This document shows, piece by piece, positions 1-11,368 of a stretch of 64,000 nt of DNA. The notes below the pieces were generated by a model, which saw nothing but the letters and a program-made list of their open reading frames with translations, was not told the DNA's origin and searched no databases. Each line of letters starts with the position of its first letter. The stretch's first letter is position 1. The DNA lies in NCBI GenBank assembly GCA_977017575.1, contig CDRNVI010000167.1, forward strand, positions 62,001 to 126,000. The letters run 5' to 3'. The position numbers were made by a program, and so were the translations under genes. The DNA is from Paramoeba atlantica. Its lineage: Eukaryota > Protista > Discosea.

Positions 1-141
1 AAAGAATAAAAAATAATAATAAAATAATAATAATAATAAAATAATAAAAATAATAAAAAATAATAAAAAATAATAAATAAAAAAATAAAAAAATAATAAA
101 AAAATAATAAAATAAAATAAATAAAAAAAAAAATAAAAAAC

Positions 142-1223
142 ATCCAAGTCAAATTGGAAAGTTGTCCAAATTCAGTCCCCGTGAAATTAGAAACAATGTC
201 TCTAATAATATTATGAAAAGGAGAGAGAGAAGAGAGAGAGAGGAGAGAGAGAGGAGAGAGAGAGAGAGAGAAGAAAGAGAAAGAGAAAAGAGAGAGAAAG
301 AAAGAAAAGAAAAAAATCATCAGAACAGAATAATTTATTCAAAAAATAATCAGAAAAAAAAAGAAAAAAAAAAGAAAAAAGAAAAAAGAAAGAAAGAAAG
401 AAAAAGAAAAAGAAAAAAAGAAAGAAAAAGAAAAAGAAAAACATTTGAGGAAGATCAAAGAGTTGTGCGAATTCAACAGACATTGTCCCTGAAAAGAAAT
501 TCCCTCCCAGTGATCTGATAAAATCAAAAATAATTTCAATAAAAATGAAAGAAATGAAAAGAAATGAAAGAAGAAAGAAAATGAAAGAAAAATGGGAAAG
601 AAAGAAATAAAGAAAAAAGAAGAAAGAAAAAAGATTAAAAAAAGAAAGAAAAAGAAAAAGAAAAAAGAAAAAAAAAGAAAAAAAAAAGAAAAAGAAAAAA
701 GAAAAAAGAAAAAAGAAAAAGAAAAAGAAAAAGAAAAAAAAACAAAAAAGAAAAAAGAAAAAAAAAGAAAAAAAAGAAAAAAAAGAAAGAAAAAAGAAAG
801 AAAAAAGAAAAAAGAAAAAAAAAAAAGAAAAAGAAAAAATTACAAATCAGTTAAAGAACGAAGTTTTGAAATTTTGTCCAAGATTTTTTCTCCTTTCAGT
901 TGATTGGCTCCTAAAAACCTTTTGGAAAAGAAAGAAAGAAAAGAGAAAAGAAGAGAAGAGAAGAGAAGAAAAGAGAAAAGGAAAGGAAAGGAAAAGAAAG
1001 AAAAGGAAAAGAAAAAGAAAAGAAAGAAAAGAAAGAAAATGATAGAATTATTAAAAGAATAATAAAAGAAAAGAAAAATAATAAAATAATAAAATAATAA
1101 AATAATAAAATAATAAAATAATAAAATAATAAAATAATAAAATAATAAAATAATAAAATAAAATAAAATAAAATAAAAAATAAAAATAAAAATAAAAATA
1201 AAAAATAAAAATAAAAATAAAAT

Positions 1224-1255
<32 letters not shown>

Positions 1256-1522
1256 ACATGATTTGGACATGATGAAGATGTTCAATTTCTGATGGAACAA
1301 TCCCTCTCAAAGTATTGTCAGAAAGATCTCGAGAGGAGAAGAGAGAGAAGAAAGAAAAAGAGAAAAGAAAAAGAAAAAAGAGAGAGAAAAGTTAAAAGAA
1401 AAAAGAAAAAGAAAAAGAAAAAAGAAAGAAAAAGAAAAAAAAAAGAAAAAAAAAAGAAAAAGAAACAAATAAACATGAGAATTTCGGTTGGGGTCGTCCC
1501 ACTGAGATAGCCTGCCAAAAGC
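142..1522 (-). pseudogene. LRR-domain gene, copy 1 (plant-type LRR, one repeat per exon), probably disrupted
   Basis: Short exons between GT..AG polypyrimidine introns: 1475-1522 (LLAGYLSGTTPTEIL), 1258-1329 (DLSDNTLRGIVPSEIEHLHHVQI, acceptor reads CG instead of AG), 844-918 (FLGANQLKGEKILDKISKLRSLTD), 443-514 (SLGGNFFSGTMSVEFAQLFDLPQ), 142-201 (DIVSNFTGTEFGQLSNLTW). They fit the LxxLxLxxNxLsGxIPxE consensus. The gene probably continues beyond the window's left edge. Confidence 0.7.
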
Positions 1523-2136
1523 CTTTTTTAACAAAGAATAGAAAGAGAGAGAGAAGAGAGAAGAGAGAAGAGAGAAGAGAGAAGAGAGAAGAGAGAAGAG
1601 AGAAGAGAGAGAAGAGAGAGAAGAGAGAAGAGAAGAGAGAGAGAAGAGAGAAGAGAGAAGAGAGAAGAGAGAAGAGAGAAGAGAGAAGAGAGAAGAGAGA
1701 GAAGAGAGAGAAGAGAGAAGAGAAGAGAGAAGAGAAGAGAGAAGAGAGAAGAGAGAAGAGAGAAGAGAGAAGAGAAGAGAGAAAGAGAAAGAGGAGAGGA
1801 GAGAATGAGAAAGAGAAGAAGAAGAAGAAGAGAGAAAGAAAAAGAGAAAGAGAAAAGAAAGAGAGAAAAAGGGAAAAAGAAAAAGAAAAAAAAAGAGAAA
1901 AAAGAGAAAAAAAAAAGAGAAAAAAAGGGAAAAAGAAAAAAAGAAAAAAAAAAGAGAAAAAAAGGGAAAAAGAAAAAAAGAAAAAAAGAAAGAAAAAGAA
2001 AGAAAAAGAAAGAAAAAGAAAGAAAAAGAAAAAAAAAGAAAAAAAAAAAAAAAAAGAAAAACCAGCAAAAACAGAAACTCTACCATGGGGGTTGTCCAAA
2101 AGCCTCTCCCAAAAAACCTCTCCCCTGAACCCTGAG

Positions 2137-2178
<42 letters not shown>

Positions 2179-2769
2179 GTCTCTCTGATCCTTTTTCACT
2201 TCACAAAAAAAAAAAACATTCAGACCCAAAATAGAGGTCCATCATTTCCCGTTTTTTTTTTTTGGTTTTTTTTCCGTGGGGTTTGTGTTTTTTTCTCTTT
2301 CTCCATTCTTCTCTTTTCTTTTGGTGTGTTGTGATTTCTTTCTTTCTGTTTTTTTTTTTCACATCCTTTTTCTTTTCTTTTCTTTTACTTTTTTCTTTGT
2401 TCTTTCTTTCTTCTTCGACCATCACTCTCTCTTTCGTTGATTTGTTTTTTGTTTTCCATTTTATGTTTTTCCTTTCAGTCCTGTTCCTTTTATTTCAGAT
2501 TAAAACAAGTTTTTTATTCTGAGAAAAGAGTTGAAACAAGAAGAGATCACAAAGAAATTCTTTTCGTCAAACCTTTGTCCAAAAACAAAATTGAGGTTTT
2601 TTCTTTTCTCTTCTTCTTTTCTCTTCTTTTCCTCTCTTTTTTCTTTTCTCTCTCTCTTCTTTCTTTTCTTTTCTCTTCTCTTTTCTCTTCTTCTTTCTTT
2701 TTCCATTTTCTTTTTTGTTGATTTTGAATAATTGGATTGATAAAAAGGAGAAAAAAAAGAAGAGAAAAT

Positions 2770-2888
2770 GTCTTCGGTCATACCCAGTTGAAAGCACCCG
2801 ATCCCATCAGAACTCGGAAGTTAAGCAGCTGTGGGCTCGGTTAGTAGAATGGTGGGTGACCACATTCGAATCCCGAGTGCTGAAGACC
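2770..2888 (+). rRNA. 5S rRNA gene
   Basis: ~119 nt GTCTTCGGTCATACC...GATCCCATCAGAACTCGGAAGTTAAGC...GCTGAAGAC. The ends pair (GTCTTC/GAAGAC), eukaryotic 5S signature motifs are present, and a T-rich Pol III terminator follows. Confidence 0.93.
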
Positions 2889-3196
2889 TTCTCTTTTTCT
2901 CTTTTTCTCTTTTTCTTTCTTTTTCTTTCCTTTTTTTCTTTTTTTTTCTTTGAATTTTCTTTTTGTTGAAAAACAGGTCCGAGGGAAACACAAATTTGAT
3001 TCTGGTTCAGTCTTTTTCTTGTTGTTCTATTCACAGATTGTGGTGTGCCTCCAACAAATATTCGAGAGAAAATATTTAAAATAAGGAGGGTGTGTTTTGT
3101 TATTTTTGGTTCCCTCTCTTCTTGATCATTTCCCCAAAAGATGTCCCACAAAAAAAGCAAAAAAGAGTTTTGAAGGCATAGAATTATTATTATTAC

Positions 3197-3242
3197 TACT
3201 CTCTGAGTTACGAATTTTCACAAATTAGCAACTCAGAGAGTA
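3197..3242. repeat. Dispersed ~45-nt hairpin, copy 1
   Basis: TACTCTCTGAGTT pairs perfectly with AACTCAGAGAGTA (13 bp), with an inner AATTT/AAATT stem. Related copies at 19087-19122 and 22393-22436. Confidence 0.7.
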
Positions 3243-3502
3243 TTACAAGAAGATATCCCTCCACAGTGGCCAACATCCCCTTTCTTTCATCTAAATTATG
3301 ATTTTTAAAGAAGAAAAAGTAAGAGTTATTGGGAGACTTAAACAGAGAAAAGAAGGAAAAAAGGGAGAGTGTGTGTGTGTTGTTTGTTGTTTGACAAGAT
3401 GCACCCCAACAATGTGAGAGAAAAGAATAAATAAATAATGGAATATTCAAAAAGAGAGATTTTATTTTGAAAGGATGATTTTGAAGATCTCCTTTTCTAT
3501 TT

Positions 3503-4460
3503 CTATCTTTTTTCCTTTGGGGGAGAATAATTCTTTTTGGAAGAACCACGAGAGTAACGGGAATGTTGACAACGACCATCTTTTCCTTTTCTCTTATTCA
3601 TAAAAAACTTCTCATCCTTCTGTTCTTCTGATTGTTCTTCCACTTCAGTCAGGGCCAACCTCTCCGTGATTTCTTCCAAACGCCTCTTGAGAATAATTTC
3701 TGTTTCTATCATCTTTTTTGACTTCTTTTCTTTCGCTTCAAAGTCTTCTTTCGATGTTCCGTTGTTGATTCTGAAGTTTTCTCAATTGTCCAAACAATCT
3801 TGGTTTACCACAATCTTCTTTTTCCTCTTCCTCTTCCTCTTCTTCCTCAGACAATTGGATTTCTTCGATCCCCTCTTCCTCTTGTTTGTTGTCAGCAATG
3901 TCGTCCTTTTGACTTTTCAAATCAACAAGATTCTCTCAAACTTGGGTTTTGTTTTCAGTCAACTGTTCCTTTCTTCGTTGGAGAGCCACAATCTTTTCTT
4001 CAAGAACATCGATTTGATCTGCCAGTTTCTCATCACGTTTACTGAGCATTTCAATCTTCTTCTCTCTCTTCTGTTGTTCCTTGAGTCTTTTCTGAGGGTT
4101 CTCAGAAATCTCATCCCCCACTTTCTCTTCATCATCATCCACTCGATTTTCAACCTCTTGGATTTCATTTTCGATTTCTTCTTTGACTTGACTCTCCACC
4201 ACTCTTGTTGTCTTGTTCTTTTTTGGGAGAACAAACAAAGCGTCTTCCAAGTCTCGATCACGTTTCACAAAGACGACATCACACTCATCATCAAAATAGA
4301 ACACTCGAACCGCAGTTGAAGTTCCATACACATCCTGGATCTTCCTTCACAGACTTTGAAAATCTTGAGCTTGAATCAAACACACTTCTCCGTTCTCAGT
4401 GTTTCAAACTTCCCACTCTCCTTCTCCTTCGACAATCGACATCAACTGAACTCTCATCAT
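3503..4460 (-). pseudogene. PB1-domain plus coiled-coil protein, disrupted
   Basis: AQDFQSL*RKIQDVYGTSTAVRVFYFDDECDVVFVKRDRDLEDALF resembles the PB1 fold with the acidic OPCA motif (YxDxEGDxVxxxSDxDLxxA). E/K-rich coiled coil follows. One in-frame TGA and several frameshifts. Confidence 0.55.
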
Positions 4461-5545
4461 TGTGTTGTTGTTGTTTTTTCTGTTTCAAGTTATCCAGAAA
4501 AAAGAAATGTTTTGAATTAAAAACAAAACCTGCCTGAGGGGTGGGGTGGTTGATTGTGTTTGTTGTCGTTCATGAGGGAATGAAAGGGGGATGTGGCGAG
4601 AAGGAACACCAATCACACAAACAAACAAAAAAGAAATCACCGAAAGAACAACCAACACACACCGAAAAAAGAACAACAAAAAAAAAAGAGAACCCACCGG
4701 GTTCGATTCTGGGTGGGTTTTTTTTTTCAGTGAAACCCAATTTTTTTTTTGTTTTGCGTTTGGAGAGAAGAGGAATGAGAAAGAGGAGAGAGAGAGAAGA
4801 GAGAGAAGAGAGAAGAGAGAGAAAGAGAGGAGAGAAGAGAGAGAAGAAAAGAGAGAGAAGAGAGAGAAGAAAGAAGAGAGAGAAGAGAGGAAGAGAGAGA
4901 GAAGAGAGAGAGAAGAGAGAGAGAAGAGAAGAGAAATGGTCCATACATTCAAGAAGTGGTTGGGAGAAGGGGGGGGGGGGAGGAAGGAAGAGGGGACAGA
5001 TGAGAAAGAGGTGGTTGTGTGCATTCCTCATTAATGTATTTTTGGTCTTCTCTTTTGCTGGTTGTCCTCAGAAAAAGTTTTCTTTTCTTCTCTTCTCTCT
5101 TTTCTTTCTTTCTCTCTTTTCTTTCTCTCTTCTCTTCTCTCTTTTCTTTCTCTTTTTCTTTCTCTTTCTTTTTCTCTTTTTCCTTCTCTTTTTCTTTTTC
5201 TTTCTTTTTCTTTCTTTTTCTTTCTTTTTCTTTCTTTTTTTTTCTTTTTTTTTCTTTTTTTTTCTTTTTTTTCCCCTTTCTTTCTCTTCCCTCTTTCCTT
5301 TTCTTTTTCTTTCTTTTATTGAATTTTGAGACTGAAAAAATGAGAACAATGAGAGAAAAGCACCATTTAAGGAGCATTGTTCCCTTCAGATAAACAAAGA
5401 TAATTGAAAAAAAATTCATTCCAACAAGATAATTGAAAAAATCAATAAAAAAGAACATAATTGAATCCAAAAATCATTTATATGAAAAAAAAATTCAAAA
5501 ATCATCACAAAATTACTTTCAATTTTCACCCAAGGTGGCTTGAAC

Positions 5546-6355
5546 TCATTGCCCACCATTTGGCTGGAACGTCACAGTTACTGTCACAGGAGGGGTTTCT
5601 GTTGGTGGTTGTGCGGTTTCAGCTTGCTCGGATTCAACGATCCGGTTGGCACGTTCACCTGCGGCTCGTTCAGAATCTTCATAATATCCACGAGCAACCC
5701 GCTCGCTTGTCCACCCACCAGACACCATCAATTGGTCTGTGGTGCCTCCTCCTTCCACCATGGCAGTGGCTCCCAACCGACGAAAACTGTGCGATGCATA
5801 ATTTTCTTCAGGCTTCTCGAGAAAGCATGCTATTTTCTTTGCCAATTTTGCAAGATAGTTTTTTCCTAAGTGCTGAGCTGCAAAGTTCTCTCGGTTCTTG
5901 TTCCACTTCCACCAAAGGCAAATACCAGGGGGGAGGTTCTCCAGGTGATCCTCCAACACTTCAGAAGGAATAAACCCATCAAGCACAGGGATGACCACTT
6001 TGGTTTTCCTCAAAGATTTCGATTTTGCGCACCGTTCCATGGTGAAGCATACACTCCCATTTTTCTTTAACTTCACTTCATCACGAGAAATGTTAATAAC
6101 TTCAACACTTCTGGCTAATCCAAAGAAAGCAAAAAGAGCCAACAGAGAGTCTTGTAGATCTCCCCCATTCATTATCCCTCGAGACAAATATTGTTTTATC
6201 TCCTCCAAGGTAAAAACATTCTTCTTATTTGGCTGATAACCAGCTGTTTCTCCCTTTAGGATTCGATTTAACTGCCAAGTCTCACCGAAATCAATTGCAT
6301 ATTTACACAAAACATAGCGTTTCACGAGCAAAATCACTGGAAAGAATGATGACAA
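5546..6355 (-). CDS. Tyrosine recombinase, Crypton-like (catalytic domain open; N-terminal part in another frame up to ~6640)
   Basis: Catalytic motifs FFGLARSVE (R), KSK (K), SHSFRRLGAT (HxxR), GGWTS (W) and VARGYYEDS (Y). The C-terminal HxFRR..GGWxS..VAxGY.EDS pattern matches my recollection of CryptonI-type YRs. Upstream frame reads ...QKAFLTAASRFEDFL...VINEALLVEFYQKYL with two TGA stops. Confidence 0.82.
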   Translation of the reverse strand: MSSFFPVILLVKRYVLCKYAIDFGETWQLNRILKGETAGYQPNKKNVFTLEEIKQYLSRGIMNGGDLQDSLLALFAFFGLARSVEVINISRDEVKLKKNGSVCFTMERCAKSKSLRKTKVVIPVLDGFIPSEVLEDHLENLPPGICLWWKWNKNRENFAAQHLGKNYLAKLAKKIACFLEKPEENYASHSFRRLGATAMVEGGGTTDQLMVSGGWTSERVARGYYEDSERAAGERANRIVESEQAETAQPPTETPPVTVTVTFQPNGGQ

Positions 6356-8849
6356 TTCGTAAACACAGAAAGGACAAACAAATATTTTTGGTAAAACTCG
6401 ACCAACAATGCCTCATTTATCACATAATCTCAGTGTTCTTCCTCGTTTTTTTTATAAAAACGTGTCAAGAAATCCTCGAAACGACTTGCAGCAGTCAGGA
6501 ACGCCTTTTGAGTCGCATGCGGGCCATTCAACACCATCCGAATAGAATGGCGTGTGGAGTCAAATTCAAAGTGGTTCCATTCCTTCGCTCAGAGGGACAC
6601 AATCAGTGGGTTTTCCACTCTTCGTGCAGGGTTCATCTCTCGCAAGAAAATGAAAAAATGCCCACAGGGCTTTTTCTTTCAATTGTTGTCACACAATCAT
6701 CCCAAAACAGACTCAAACCAATCGAAATACACCATATTTATTGCTCTCATTTTTCCCAGCCTCAAAATTCAATAAAACGTTGTAGCCAATGTTTGAAAAG
6801 GCTTATCATGTCTTGAGTGTTTCTGATCAGTCTCGACCAGGATTCTGTGGTCTCGTGCCGCAAGCGGCCCTCGACCTCAAAAATCCTGGGTCTTGACATC
6901 AAAAACACCCTCGACAATAAACTGCCTTTTTTTAAACATTGGCTAAATAGCTATTCTCTTTCCTCTTTTTGGGAGACAAAAAAAAAAGAATAAAAGCTTT
7001 TCTCTCCTCCACATTCTTTGTCCTTTCAGAGAGTATCTCATCACATGTATAGATGGTGATGGTTGTATCGACTTTATAGGTGTTCTATTTTGACAATTCA
7101 AGATATCCTAGAGAGTATGAAAAGAACCCTTTCATCAAAACAAAATTCTCATCAGAGAAAATCCATCCAAACATGAGAAGAAAGAGTTAAAGGAGGAAAA
7201 AAGGCTGACTGTTGGATCCAAAAACCTGAAACATTCAGAAAAAGAAAAGAAAGAAAAGAAAGAATGAGAGAAAAAACAAAGGAAGAAAAAGGGGGGAAAA
7301 TAGAAAAAGGTGAAGAGAGGGGGAAATGATATGAAAAGAAAGAAAAAAAGAGAAAAGAAAGAGAAAAAAAAAAGAAAAAGGAGAAAGGAGAAAGGAGAAA
7401 AAAAATAAAGAGGGAAATCTATGGTTCTTGGATGGGAAGAAAAACTGAAAAAAAAAACCAAAAGAGAACAAAAGAAAGAAAAAAAAAGAAAAGAATGAGA
7501 AAGAGAAAGAGAAAAGAGAAAAGAGAAATAAAAAGAGAAAAGAGAAAAGAGAAATAAAAAGAGAAAAAAAGAAGAGAAAAAGAGAAAAAGAAAAAAAAGA
7601 GAAATAAAGAAATAAAAGAGAAATAAAGAGAAAAAAAAAAGAGAAAGAAAGAGAAACAAAGAGATGTGGTGGGGAGACAATCAATACACACATTTTTTCA
7701 ATTCTCTTTTCATTTCTTTTTTTTCTTTTTTTTTCTTTTTTTTTCTTTCTTTTCTCTCTTTTTCTCTCTTTCTATTTTCATTTCTATTTCTCTTTTATTT
7801 CTCTTTTTCTCTCTTTTTTTTCTTTTTTTTTTCTCTTTTTTTTCTTTTTTTCTCTTTTTTCTCTTTTTCTCTTTATTTCTTTTTATTTTTCTCTTTTATT
7901 TTTCTCTTTTATTTTTCCCTCTTTTTTTCTTTTTTTCCCTTTTTCTCTTTTCTCTTTTTTTTTCCCCCTTTTTTTTCTCTTTTTTTTCTCTTTTCTCTTT
8001 TCTCTTTTATTTCTCTTTTATTTCTCTTTTTTTTCTTTTTCACTTTTTTTTTGCTTTTTTTTCCCCTTTTTTTCTATTTTTTCTCTCTTTCTTTTATTTT
8101 TTATTTCTCTTTTTTTCTCTTTTTTTCTTTTTTCTCTTTTACTTCTCTTTTTATTTCACTCTTTTCTTTTTCTCTTTCTAATTCAAGGATTTGTCATTGG
8201 GAAAAAAAAGAGAAAAAAGACAAAGAAAAAAAGACAAAGAAAAAAAGACAAAGAAAAAAAGACAAATAAAAAGACAAAAAAAAAAGACAAAAAAATAAAG
8301 AAAATTAAAAGAGAGAATGTTTGGTTTCGAGGAGCTGACATTGCAAATATCTTTTATTTGTTGGTTTTTTCTGATTGTTCAACTTTTCTACTGTTTTTCT
8401 AAATAAAACTTCTTGGCCTCTGTCACATCTCCACCTCCTCTCTTTTTGTTTTTTTATGTGCTTGAAAGTACTCAAGTAACACCCCTGAGCGTTTATTCCA
8501 AAAAGAGACAGTCAACAAAACAACACAGCCAAACAACAAAAAACCATACTCAAATCCAAAAACAAAATCCAAAAATCCAAAACAGACAAAAAGAATGGGA
8601 AGAAAATAGAAACAAAGAGACAAGGAAGGAAGAAATCCAAACCAGCACAAGAGATGGAGGAGAGAACAAAGAGAGATCCAAAGCAAGACAAAAAGGGGAA
8701 GGAAAGGACAAAGAGGGAAGCAAGAAGGAACAAAAGCCACACAAAGGAAAGGCAGATGCTCAAAGGCGAGGGAGCCACACCATCTTTGATCTCTTTTGGA
8801 GAGCTGCTGGATGAAGCCCTTGTGCCTGGAGATGGTTTCCTCAGGGAAT

Positions 8850-10400
8850 TCAACACCACTTATGAATAATTCATTGAGTTTCATTCCTTCCAAGTTCAAG
8901 AGCTTGTAAAACTTCATTTGGATAATTCCAATCATTCATAAACTGAGATCCAGTTGACTTAAATCATGCCAAGTATGCCAATAAAAGATCCCAACTCTTC
9001 ATTTAAGGGTCAATCAGTCCACAAGAGAATCCAATCCTTACCCAAATATTTTTTCTGCTATCGCATGGTACATTATAAATGACACCAAAACTGTTGAAAA
9101 AAATATCATTATATTAAATCTTAAGGAGAGTACTAACCCTCACATTCTGCCACATAGATATCAACATCAGTCATAAACATCTATCCAAATATCCTGATGA
9201 GGCTCTTGTGGTCAGAACTGGAAAGTTGAAATCCACTTTGCCTGCCAAAGTTCATTGATCTGAAGGGGTCAGGGATGCCAGAGATGATCAACAGCCCTTG
9301 GCCATTGTCAGAATGTGGAAAAATACTTCAAGTTATGTTGTGAACATGGTTTTGGTGACCTGTAAAACTTTTGTGTATCCTCGAAAAATATATCTTCCAT
9401 ATGCGCTGAATTGGGCCAGAATCCTTCTGTTGTGCTTTTAGAAAGCACTGTGTCCCCAAACTTCTCAAGAGCCAGCTCTGCAAGAAAAATCAGCCATACC
9501 AAAACAAATACCATCACTTACTCCAAACAGGGGGAGTTTGCTTGCAGAGTGAAAAACAGATCCAAACAAATTCCAGCCAAAACCAATTGTTTTCTTAAGA
9601 GCATACAATTCCACATATCTCTGCAATGACAGAGTTTCTCAGGAAAATTCGATGACTTCACCATACAATATACCATATCTGCCAAACAAATTTTGAGAAT
9701 CAGTAAAAATAAATAAACCTCTTAATATTGTTAGAACCTCTGAAAAGCATTGAATATTCCAGTGAGAACTCCAGGGAATACAGGAATGTATCAAAGCAGA
9801 AACCAGATCAGAAAAAATAACTTTTGTAGTGACCTCTAACTTCTTGACAGCAAACCACAATGACATCTCCTCAAAAAAGAGAAACACAATCCTGTTGTTA
9901 ACCCCCAATGTAGGAAATAGATCCAATCATCTCTCAAAAATGCAACACTTTGCTATCCCCACAATAAACTCTTCCTCATCGATAGCTGTATAGACAAAAT
10001 CATCAATGTAAAATACTGAACAAAAGTCAACCTCCTCATGGTCCCTCTTGCATAGTTCCAATAAAAAAGCATTGTTATCCTTCTCATGACTGAATCTTGA
10101 ATCCCCAGAGGGGCTTGTAGTGATATGACCAGAGAAAAGGTCGAGCCAAATACAAGCCAATGTGCTTTGTCATTCGCCATTTCTCTTCACCCATTGATAG
10201 ATTGTTGGTGTTACCAAACTCATTAGGTCTAGAATAACAAATGAGTGAGAAGAGATTTGATACATCAAAAGAAAAGAAGAAAACATCCTGATTACCATTA
10301 AAAATGTATTTCTTTTCCTCTGGGGAGAATAAACAAAACGATTTTGGTTTTATCCCCAAACACCCAGGTTCGCCAAAGCTCATTCTAACATGTTATCAAC
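8850..10400 (-). mobile_element. Degenerate DIRS/Ngaro-like tyrosine-recombinase retrotransposon (RT, RNase H, YR remnant)
   Basis: Frameshifted motifs in order: SFDVSNLF (RT A, ~10260), APLGIQDS (RT B), FYIDDF (9996-10013), LFIFTDS..GRYG (RNase H, ~9700). A YR-like WHDL(RR)TGS...LQAL(G)TWKE..SMNY can be rebuilt at ~8860-8970, but only by assuming frameshifts. Confidence 0.55.
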
Positions 10401-10977
10401 TACATCAGAGTGTCCATACAAATCAAAATAGACTCCTCGAACATCATCATTGTATCACTTTCAACACCCCCTTTTCATCATTGCCACTCTCTTTGTCCTT
10501 TCCAAACACATCCCCTCACAACCCAAACTTTGAAACACCTGGAACCCCAGGTGCTATTCCTACCCCAATCTCCATTCCTTTACACCCTGGTCTCTCCCAC
10601 AATCATTAAACATTACCAAAGTCATAATTTCAGTCCATTCCCCATGATAATTCCGATCACTCTAATGATCTTTATATCCGTCACCCCACAGTCATAATAA
10701 TGGTCATGACCACAAACAAAATCATGTTCATAATCTTGGTAACGAGCTGAGTCATAACCTTTGTCTCTCTCTCAACCTCATCAACTCTCTTTTGAGTGAC
10801 TTCCTCTTCTGAAGAAAAATTCTCTTTGGACACTTTCGAAATATTTCCACAAGCTTTTAGATCTATCACCACACACAAAGTACATGCTTCGATGAGAGCA
10901 CTTCTTCTCTGAATTTGAGCAGAAGCGAACCACACATATATTTGCACCACAAAAGACTTTACAGCTCTTTGGACTGT

Positions 10978-11368
10978 TGTGGGGGGAACCACACTCACAA
11001 TGAAGACACAAGGAAAAAGGAGAGAAAAAGGAAAGAAACTAAACTCTGGACCAAAACCTTTATAGGAATGACCCCAACCAACACACAAGACCAAGCCAAA
11101 ACGAAACCAGAGAAAACGGCGTGAAAACGTGAAAGCAAATAAAAAGAGCACTAAAAAACTTGTGATTCTGGCAAAAACACCAAACTGGTGCACGGGCTGT
11201 CTGTGAAGCTCCTGGCTCATCAGGAAGGCCAAAACCCATGACAAAAGGCATCCAGAGAAGCTCTGGGAAGGCTCAAAGAAACTCAGGGAAGCTCAGAGAA
11301 GCTCAGGAAAGCTCAGAGAAGCTCTGGAAAGCACCACTAATGTGTTGGAGGCAGGTTTCACTCCAACA
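10978..11368 (-). mobile_element. Solo LTR (391 bp) of a family related to the main chromovirus LTR
   Basis: TG...CA ends and 4-bp TSD CTGT (10974-10977, 11369-11372). It starts TGTTGGAGTGAAACCTGCCTCCAACAC, versus TGTTGGGGTGAGACCTGCTTCCAACAC in the main family. The flanks rejoin in frame (SLIYYS-PKSC). Confidence 0.8.

Noticed and set aside
6229-6816. 195-aa plus-strand ORF overlapping the recombinase
   Set aside because: It is codon-aligned antisense to the putative YR N-terminal frame and has no recognisable motif, so it is probably a shadow ORF.
5546-10400. The intact YR and the DIRS-like RT as one element
   Set aside because: They differ in decay and CpG content, are separated by 1.5 kb of microsatellite, and the RT remnant has its own YR-like trace. 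The intact YR has a Crypton-type C-terminus.
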